NCBI RefSeq assembly: GCF_003590335.1
Contig: NZ_MIET01000046.1
Location: 264,905-296,904, forward strand
Reading direction: 5' to 3'
Length of the DNA stretch: 32,000 nucleotides
From: Pseudoalteromonas sp. MSK9-3
GTDB lineage: Bacteria; Pseudomonadota; Gammaproteobacteria; Enterobacterales; Alteromonadaceae
Part shown: one piece after another, positions 9,229 through 16,384 of the stretch
How positions within the stretch are numbered: the stretch's first letter is position 1
Layout: every line of letters starts with the position of its first letter
Translations under genes and position numbers: made by a program
The notes under the pieces: model-generated
Told to the model about the DNA's origin: nothing
The model's database searches: none
What the model saw: the letters and a program-made list of their open reading frames with translations, nothing else

Positions 9229-10584
9229 TTAAACTTTGCTACGTGCGTCTTTAAGCAAATCAGCTACTAAAAATCCGAGCTCTAATACTTGGTCAGCATT
9301 AAGACGTGGATCACATTGCGTACGATAACGTTGTGCTAGGTCTTCATCAGATAAGCCATAAGCACCACCAACACATTCGGTTACATGCTGACCTGTCATC
9401 TCCAAGTGTACACCACCCGGGTAAGACCCTTCCGCTTTATGAACAGCGAAGAATTGACTTATTTCACGTAGTATATTATTAAAGCTGCGTGTTTTATAGC
9501 CTGTACTCGCTTTTTCAGTATTACCATGCATTGGATCTGAGGTCCAAACAACCTTGCGCCCTTCGTCTTGTACTCTGCGAACAAGGGCTGGTAATTTTTC
9601 TGGTAGTACGTCTGCTCCCATTCTGGTGATCAGTGTTAATCGTCCAGGGATATTGTCTGGGTTAAGTGCATCAATTAACGCGATTAACTCGTCAGGTGTC
9701 ATACCCGGTCCGACTTTTACACCTATTGGGTTTTTAATGCCGCGGAAAAACTCTATGTGGGCATGGTCAAGTTGTCTTGTGCGTTCTCCAATCCAAACAA
9801 AGTGGGCTGAGCAATCATACCAGTCACCAGTAAGATGATCCCTGCGAGTAAGTGCTTGCTCATAGCCTAGTAAAAGTGCTTCATGAGATGTATAGAGCGA
9901 CGTTTCTTTTAGACTTGGAGCTACGCTTGAGTCAATTCCACACACTTCCATAAACTCGAGTGCGTCTTGAATCTTATCAGCCATTTGCTGATACTTTTCT
10001 TTGAGAGGATTCGCAGCAACAAAGCTCATATTCCAACGGTTTACTTGGTGCAGATCCGCCAGGCCACCTTGTGCAAATGCTCTTAACAAGTTTAAGGTGG
10101 CTGCACTGTGATGGTAAGCTGTCATTAACCGGTTAGGGTCTGGCACTCGCGATTCTTCAGTAAACTCAAAGTTATTAATGATGTCGCCACGGTAAGACGG
10201 TAAAGAAACGCCATCGATTGTTTCAAAATTCGAAGAACGGGGTTTAGCGTATTGCCCTGCCATTCTGCCAATTTTTACAACGGGACATTTTCCACCATAT
10301 GTTAAAACGACAGCCATTTGTAGAAGTGTTTTGAATGTATCGCGAATATTTGCAGCATTAAAATCAGAGAATGACTCTGCGCAATCTCCGCCTTGTAACA
10401 AGAACGCTTTACCTTCACAGACATCCGCTAGATTTTTATAAAGGCTACGTGTTTCCTCAGCAAAAACTAAAGGAGGCGCTTTGTTTAGTTGCGCTTCGAT
10501 GTCTACTAATGCTGCTTTATCAGGGTATTCTGGTTGTTGGACAATTGGATGTTCTCTCCAACTATCTGGGTTCCAAGGTTTCAT
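9229..10584 (-). CDS. Class II (plant/actinobacterial-type) 3-deoxy-7-phosphoheptulonate (DAHP) synthase, 451 aa
   Basis: The ~450 aa length, N-terminus [19 protein letters not shown] and [13 protein letters not shown] are typical of class II DAHP synthases. A GAGGA RBS is present. Confidence 0.88.
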   Translation of the reverse strand: MKPWNPDSWREHPIVQQPEYPDKAALVDIEAQLNKAPPLVFAEETRSLYKNLADVCEGKAFLLQGGDCAESFSDFNAANIRDTFKTLLQMAVVLTYGGKCPVVKIGRMAGQYAKPRSSNFETIDGVSLPSYRGDIINNFEFTEESRVPDPNRLMTAYHHSAATLNLLRAFAQGGLADLHQVNRWNMSFVAANPLKEKYQQMADKIQDALEFMEVCGIDSSVAPSLKETSLYTSHEALLLGYEQALTRRDHLTGDWYDCSAHFVWIGERTRQLDHAHIEFFRGIKNPIGVKVGPGMTPDELIALIDALNPDNIPGRLTLITRMGADVLPEKLPALVRRVQDEGRKVVWTSDPMHGNTEKASTGYKTRSFNNILREISQFFAVHKAEGSYPGGVHLEMTGQHVTECVGGAYGLSDEDLAQRYRTQCDPRLNADQVLELGFLVADLLKDARSKV

Positions 10585-10678
10585 TAATTTTCCTCATTCC
10601 AATGTAGTGTTACCTCACCACGAAAGTATCGTATAGACGTACCGGCTTCAAGGTAAATTTAGTATTTATTTCAGTTAA

Positions 10679-10692
10679 GAACACATCATACT
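10679..10692 (+). other. Putative replication terminator (Ter-like) site 1
   Basis: Exact GAACACATCATACT. The reverse complement AGTATGATGTGTTC resembles E. coli Ter AGTATGTTGTAACT. Confidence 0.6.
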
Positions 10693-11005
10693 AAATTTAG
10701 CGCATTAATGTATCATCTGAACATCTTAATTTATTTAATCTAATCCTTTTAATCAGACCAAAACATATTTAGCTATTGATATGATGAGAGTTAAGTACAC
10801 TCATTTGCGAAATAGATGATTAGCAGTAACTTGAATTGAAGGTTTGGCTGCTTAATGGTTGTTTTTAAAACTGCTAATAATTTTGGACGTGTAACCATTG
10901 AGGAAAAATAATCCAAATGTATGCTAAATGTTTATAAATGAACGACCCTAGAACTGGACCGCTTTAGTTCGAAACATAGACTCTCTTTTTATATTGTGGC
11001 TCCAA

Positions 11006-11194
11006 TCATAAAACTGTCTCTTGTTTACCGAAGTAAACTTCATCTGGTGTAAGTTCATTGGAGCCTTGATTGGCATGCCAGTTATTATGCAGTCTTTTTA
11101 TCAATAAGTTATGAACCGTTACAATATTATTGGTTTTGCCATTGATTAATGTCAAAACGATTATTTTGAATATGTTTTTTAACACAAGGAACAC
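11006..11194 (-). pseudogene. 3' remnant of an integrase-core (rve) transposase/integrase
   Basis: The ORF tail LIKRLHNNWHANQGSNELTPDEVYFGK resembles the conserved end of rve domains (..YN..RPH..L...TP.EVY). There is no upstream catalytic domain. Confidence 0.45.
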
Positions 11195-11203
11195 ATCATA
11201 CTT
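11190..11203 (+). other. Putative Ter-like site 2
   Basis: Exact GAACACATCATACT, in the same orientation. Confidence 0.6.
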
Positions 11204-11325
11204 TATTCGAATAAATATACACTCTCAGCACCGCTATTTAAAAAACATCAATAACCAGTAATAAGCCTTTACGAAACTCAAGTATCGTATGGTGTTGCTT
11301 ACTAAATGATTAACTACTTTTATTT

Positions 11326-11727
11326 GGTGTGTTCAAACGATTAAATACCTCAAACTATGCCTTTAAATGTAAAAAATTTGGAGTTGGTCATAGTACAACC
11401 ATCCTGTAGCTCAACGCAGAATCATCAATATTCGGCTAATCTCAATGCCATCTCAAAATGGCAAAAAACCGAAAGCATGGTGGCCATGGTCCGTTCAAGT
11501 CACTATTCTAATTTAGCAATTGAAACCTGTTTAACCTTAAGACTGTATTCCATTTTCCACAAACACTCTTGGAAGGGTTTTGGAATTCTTTACCCACTAT
11601 GGTGAATATCATATTGCAATCAACCGGTTATTATTGTGAATACAAAAGCAGTAAATATAATGAATGGGCTAGGTATGACAAAATACCAGCAACATAGTTA
11701 ACACTGAAATATTGATTGAAAGTTACC
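11326..11727 (+). mobile_element. Internally deleted IS5-family (IS903-like) element remnant
   Basis: The N-terminal fragment ..HYSNLAIETCLTLRLYSIF..GF resembles IS903-group RYSDLAITTVLVIKRVF.L.LR..QGF. A C-terminal fragment in another frame, NIMNGLGMTKYQQHS*, resembles LN.M...GMP.S. Imperfect terminal inverted repeats start with GGT at both ends. Confidence 0.5.
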
Positions 11728-12139
11728 TATCTGATCAGCAGTGCCTAAGTTAGGTTAGAATTTGAAGTTGTTAGTCTAAGAAGTTGGTTGCGGAAAATAT
11801 ACCTAGTCTATGTGATTATTGGTCTCATAATAATGGACTTAAATTGTCATAAAAAGGATATGAGTATGGAGCAATTAATTTTCATTTTGTTAGCGATCGG
11901 CTTGTCTAAATTACACAGCAATACTATCTCGACTGTTAGATTTAATACAATGTAATAGATCAAACTTTTACTTTCTAATAAGTGAGTTTATATCAATACA
12001 ATTATCGATGTTGTTTTCGGTAAAGTTATACTTTACCGCCCTCTCCCGGCTATAAGTATAAATAGAGTTAAGTTCACTCTCCATTGATGACTATTATCAC
12101 AATAGCAAAAAAGAGATTGTTCTGGTATCATCAGTGAAA

Positions 12140-12153
12140 GAACACATCATACT
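12140..12153 (+). other. Putative Ter-like site 3
   Basis: Exact GAACACATCATACT, in the same orientation. It lies 3 nt from dif-type site B. Confidence 0.6.
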
Positions 12154-12156
12154 ATT

Positions 12157-12184
12157 TCGTTACTTATTTTCAATTATGTTAAAT
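12157..12184 (+). other. dif-type site B in the terminus region: exact XerD arm, divergent left arm
   Basis: TCGTTACTTAT-TTTCAA-TTATGTTAAAT. The right arm matches canonical dif 11/11; the left arm matches GGTGCGCATAA poorly. Confidence 0.4.
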
Positions 12185-13351
12185 TATACAACTTACACAA
12201 AATTCAACTGTCCTACCAAGATTAATATCTTTGAAATTTTTGGTTCTTTTCATAACTCACTTTGTTAAGTTTATTAAAGCTTTTCAAAAATTTGATGAAT
12301 TTTCGTATAAAAATGCATTTCAAAAAAAGAAAATTATCGAAAGCACCATAGTCATGAAGCGAGTACTTCAAAGAGTTCAATTACAATATAGTGACAGTAT
12401 TATCCAGCCACCCTGGAAAAACTTAACTCCAATAAAGGCCACCAATCTTACCTTATTGTGATAGTCGCTTTTGTAAAATTACTATACAATTTCAGATTAA
12501 CAGCTTAAAAATAAACCATATCAACATTCAAAGAGAGTAATTATTAAAACTGACGAGCTATTTATTAAAAATTGCTAACGAACCTGCATTCGCATAATTT
12601 TCATGATATGAAAAATTACGAATAACTACTCAATGCTCCGCTAACTAGCTACCCCTTCAGCAAACGTTAAAAACGTATCAGTGTCGTCACAAGAGATAAG
12701 GTATTTTATATTCCTATTTTCAGTTAATGACTGAATAAAAATATAGATAAGTATTTTTCTTAAAGTTTGTCATTGAGGCCATTTACCAACGACAATCCAA
12801 AACTGAGGAAGTAGTAACCGTGATACAAAGCAGAAAATACTATCATTAAGTTAACCTTTCAATTATGAAAGACCGTATCTTTTAAACACAAGTGAAGGAA
12901 GTAATCCGCTTTCATAGTAAAAACTTAGCTCATTCTATATTTAACACGAAAAGGTGAGAAAGCTGAGGTTTGTAACTTAAAATAAGTTTTTATAACCCAA
13001 AAAGCGTCAATCAACAAAGGTGATATTCCACACTGCTAATTGTAAAGTGGTTTATGTCCTGGTGTCGCTACAACCTAGTCAAATTTAGGTAGTGCCTTTT
13101 TTCATATCGCTCGTTAACACTCAAGAACTATAATAGTAAAAGAGATAACTTATCTCAATACCTACCTGAGCTAAAAGAACATTCATCAATATGTTTAATT
13201 ACTCTCTGCTATTTCCTTGTACTTCTAACATGTAGCTATCGGTTCATTGACCAAGGTACATATTTAAAAATAAGCTTTCAATAAAAATCAATGCTGTCTT
13301 AGTAGAATAAATTCGACCTAAGATAACAATAAATGATAAAATACAGAATAA

Positions 13352-13365
13352 GAACACATCATACT
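13352..13365 (+). other. Putative Ter-like site 4
   Basis: Exact GAACACATCATACT, in the same orientation. Confidence 0.6.
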
Positions 13366-13463
13366 AAACGTTAATTAGTTTTTATATATCGATGTAAACC
13401 TCAGCCAGTTGTCAGAAACAAAATTTAGACTCAAGAGTAACAAACTTGATATAATAAGGAAGA

Positions 13464-13477
13464 GAACACATCATAAG
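13464..13477 (+). other. Putative Ter-like site 5 (variant)
   Basis: GAACACATCATAAG: the last two bases differ, including the C equivalent to E. coli C6. Confidence 0.45.
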
Positions 13478-13527
13478 TAAGCTCGTAGATAAAGAAACAT
13501 CTCGATACGTTTAATGCTCACAAATGT

Positions 13528-13556
13528 AGAACACATCATACTTTAAATGTTATAAT
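13528..13556 (+). promoter_or_regulatory. Putative tus promoter
   Basis: Perfect TATAAT at 13551-13556, with AGAACA 17 bp upstream. Ter-like site 6 fills the spacer. Confidence 0.35.
13529..13542 (+). other. Putative Ter-like site 6, inside the tus promoter
   Basis: Exact GAACACATCATACT. It lies between a weak -35 and the TATAAT at 13551-13556, 50 nt upstream of the tus ATG. Confidence 0.6.
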
Positions 13557-13591
13557 ACACCTATGAACATTACAACTATTTATAATTTAAT

Positions 13592-14473
13592 ATGTCATCA
13601 AGCACCAATCAGTTTAAGCTTAGAGCACATTTTGACCATTTAATGGAGCTTACTTCATTATTTTGTGTCGAATTAGAAAAATCGGATATTATCTCTGCTG
13701 ATTATTATCAACTCCCGAACGTCACAAAAGAATCAGAAGAAAAAGCACCTGAACAAATACAAGTTCAAAAAATAACAGGCAATAAAGCTATTGATAAGAT
13801 TGTTTTTGCTTATAAAGATTTATTTTTAGATGAAAAAGTCAGTGGAAAAGTGCTGCAACGCCACCCAGGTATTATACGTATTAACGACGAAACCCATACT
13901 CTTCAAGCAAGGCTGAAAGAAGTAAATAAAGCAAAAGAAGATTTTAAAAATGCAATTTTACAAATCGAAAATAACGACGCTCGTTTTGAAGCAGTACATA
14001 GTGCAATCCCTAACTTAATGACTTTAGCTGCTTATAGAAAAATACACAGCGAGTTAGCAGAACCATATTCTGTAAGGTTTACATGGATGACAAAACACGC
14101 TACCCGTACTTTAACTAAAGATGCCGCATTAGAAATGCTCAATAAATCTTCAAATTACAATAACCCACGAATGATTGATCAAGAATCTTGGTTATCTCTC
14201 GTACAAAAAGAAAAAGCGCGTGTAGCCAATTTAGCTGAAAAAAGTAAATTAAGAATTAGAAGGCCAACACGAGTATCGCCTGAAATAAATGTTCGATTTA
14301 CTGCAGAAAATAGATATCATGTTAGCGCAGCGTTACCATTTATTCTTTTTAATCCGAGTAAAGATACAAAAATCGGTAGCCTAAAACACTATGAAAAAGT
14401 TGAAAATCATCCAAGAAAGAAAGAATATAACTTTCTCGTAGACAGGATATATCTAGAAAAAGTAAGCGAATAG
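13592..14473 (+). CDS. tus: DNA replication terminus site-binding protein (Tus) homologue, 293 aa
   Basis: Collinear blocks match the remembered E. coli Tus. RFEAVHSAIPNLMTLAAYR aligns with RFEWVHRHLPGLITLNAYR. VRFTWMTKHATRTL aligns with LRFGWANKHIIKNL. SKLRIRRPTRVSPEINVRF aligns with AKLKIKRPVKVQPIARVW. The size is similar (293 vs ~309 aa). Confidence 0.85.
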   Translation: MSSSTNQFKLRAHFDHLMELTSLFCVELEKSDIISADYYQLPNVTKESEEKAPEQIQVQKITGNKAIDKIVFAYKDLFLDEKVSGKVLQRHPGIIRINDETHTLQARLKEVNKAKEDFKNAILQIENNDARFEAVHSAIPNLMTLAAYRKIHSELAEPYSVRFTWMTKHATRTLTKDAALEMLNKSSNYNNPRMIDQESWLSLVQKEKARVANLAEKSKLRIRRPTRVSPEINVRFTAENRYHVSAALPFILFNPSKDTKIGSLKHYEKVENHPRKKEYNFLVDRIYLEKVSE

Positions 14474-14474
14474 C

Positions 14475-15689
14475 TTACTTTTTCACTATTTGTTCTAAGA
14501 TTTCTTCATCAATCACTTCAACATCTTCAACAATACGCTTTCCACCTTGGATTTCAATACGCTTATTATGTTTATTTAAAGTCAGTATTTCATCGCAAAA
14601 CTGTGATGATGGATGCATTTCATAAACGTAATCGATGATCTTGCCTGTATTGTCATCCTTTACATTGCTTATGCTGTAATCAGAAATCGCGCCTTTTTCA
14701 ATCAAATCTTTCATTGTTGTTGTCATATCGCGACGTAAAGCCTTCAATTTATTCTCAACAATTTCATCGGTGGAATAAATTGACCCATACTTTTCCATGA
14801 TTGACAAAAGACGAAAATGATACGTTTTTCCTGGTGCTGCATAGCGCCATAAATGATATAAACGTAACATCATCCAACGTGACAAACCGCGCTTTAATTC
14901 TTGTGCACTATTAAAATAATATCCTTTATACTCTAAATTATCGATCATATTATGAACAAACGCATTCAAACACGCGACACATTTAATGTTGCCACCTTGC
15001 CCCTTTTTACCGCTAAAGTGCAGTGAAGATAAAAAGTTCATATTTGATTCATAGAATGAGTCATCAATATCGGTATTTTTTGTATCCGTTGCTGAGTATT
15101 TGAACGAAAGTTTAGAACCTTGTAACGCTTCTAAAGACTCTTTAATTTGTGGGTAAGGCATTGACTGACCCACGGCTTTGAGTTCTTGAGCTAATTCGTT
15201 CATTGAAAATATTACAGCATATTGAATACCGGACTTAAAATTTATTTTTACAATTTTTCCTTTTGACGCGAGACGAATAAGCGCACGTTCTACTTTTTCT
15301 TCTCTATCAGATGGCCAAACCAGATACTCTAGGTCTTCTCCATCTTTCTTACTACTTACAACAGCCGGGGTTATTTTTATCTCACCTTCATACAAAATAC
15401 CGTCAACTTTTTCTGAGATTCGCCGTGTGATGATCGTTTTTTTAGGCGCTTCTTCTAAAGGAAGTTTTTTATGACCCGAACGGACAAATCGACCCCAAAG
15501 ATCATAGTGATTGAATGTATTAGAATAAGCTCGCAACCCATACGCAGCATTTTCTAATGATATACGAACATCTTTATTATCCGTAAACAGCGCCAAACTT
15601 TCGTTATCAATAGCGCTTTCCACACCATGTATCTGACCCCTTAGTGAATCGGGCAGATTATCAACAGAGATGTTCACCTTTCGGCTCAT
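14475..15689 (-). CDS. Plasmid-type replication initiator (Rep, winged-helix/TrfA-RepA-like), about 404 aa
   Basis: The gene is divergent from parA across an iteron/GATC/DnaA-box region. The likely start is the ATG at 15689, with GGAAG 7 nt upstream; the ORF track extends to a TTG at 15740. The family assignment comes from context and general Rep-like character, not from a recognised motif. Confidence 0.65.
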   Translation of the reverse strand: MSRKVNISVDNLPDSLRGQIHGVESAIDNESLALFTDNKDVRISLENAAYGLRAYSNTFNHYDLWGRFVRSGHKKLPLEEAPKKTIITRRISEKVDGILYEGEIKITPAVVSSKKDGEDLEYLVWPSDREEKVERALIRLASKGKIVKINFKSGIQYAVIFSMNELAQELKAVGQSMPYPQIKESLEALQGSKLSFKYSATDTKNTDIDDSFYESNMNFLSSLHFSGKKGQGGNIKCVACLNAFVHNMIDNLEYKGYYFNSAQELKRGLSRWMMLRLYHLWRYAAPGKTYHFRLLSIMEKYGSIYSTDEIVENKLKALRRDMTTTMKDLIEKGAISDYSISNVKDDNTGKIIDYVYEMHPSSQFCDEILTLNKHNKRIEIQGGKRIVEDVEVIDEEILEQIVKK

Positions 15690-15740
15690 TATTTTACTTC
15701 CAAAATTTATGACAGCTAATAACAACATATTCATGAACAA

Positions 15741-16324
15741 AAGTTAATGATTTAAGTTAGTATAAAACTGATCTATCCAAGTTTTTTTTTTGAGATCGCT
15801 TTTTTACTAACTAGACAAAAATAAAGATCATCTTTTTACTAACTAAGGTTGGTTATTAAGCTTTTTGTGCACAAAACACTGTTTAATTCTGGTTGAAATA
15901 CGGTGTTATTGTATCGATTGTGGATAACTGCACACAATGTTGGTATAGATCAGATCTGTACTTAGGATAGATCCGATCTTTATTTACTTGATCATAAGAA
16001 TCAAAATCGAAATGTTTATAACCATTTGAATTTACTTAGTAAAAATGTGATCTAACGGGTCGGAAATGTGTATAAGTGTGTGGGTAACCTGTTCACTCCT
16101 TTACTTTAAATATAGGAGTTAGTAAAAAGAGGATCCATGAGTACATAAAGATCAGATCTTTACTTCGTACAAATTAGATCTGCTATTTTTAACATTATTC
16201 ATATATATCATATGGTTATGTTCTTTTTAGCAAACCCTATCCTTTAATACCTATATACTTAACCATATTTAATCTTCTTATTTATACTTAGTTAAGTAAT
16301 TTTATATGATGTCTTATATTTTTT
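15741..16324. other. Plasmid-type replication origin (ori of the secondary replicon)
   Basis: Five 18-bp iterons GTTAGTAAAAAnnnGATC lie at 15756-15773 (+), 15794-15811 (-), 15826-15843 (-), 16035-16052 (+) and 16118-16135 (+). There are 13 GATC sites between 15770 and 16180. Three AGATCnGATCTnTACTT-type repeats lie at 15947-15963, 15969-15989 and 16149-16165. An AT-rich tract spans 16186-16324. Confidence 0.8.
15919..15927 (-). promoter_or_regulatory. Perfect DnaA box
   Basis: TGTGGATAA is the reverse complement of the consensus TTATCCACA. It sits centrally between the two iteron groups. Confidence 0.7.
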
Positions 16325-16384
16325 GTGTTTACTACTAAAGTAATGGACATTATAATGATAGGTATCAAGTCAAGGATATCGCGT

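Noticed and set aside
11287-11300. Oppositely oriented Ter-like sequence GTATGGTGTTGCTT (11/15 to E. coli Ter including flanks)
   Set aside because: It differs at 6 of 14 positions from the local motif, which is otherwise conserved exactly. A related AGTATCGTAT pair (near 10624 and 11281) is also too weak. It would only matter if the local Tus were shown to bind it.
12231-12461. 76-aa ORF in the terminus desert
   Set aside because: It has a TTG start, no RBS, lysine/phenylalanine-rich AT-driven composition and no recognisable motif. It is most likely non-coding.
15690-15740. N-terminal extensions of rep (to TTG 15740) and parA (16325-16384) in the ORF track
   Set aside because: Internal ATGs at 15689 and 16385 have well-spaced GGAAG and AAGGA ribosome-binding sites. 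The extensions are hydrophobic or odd and would overlap the origin region.
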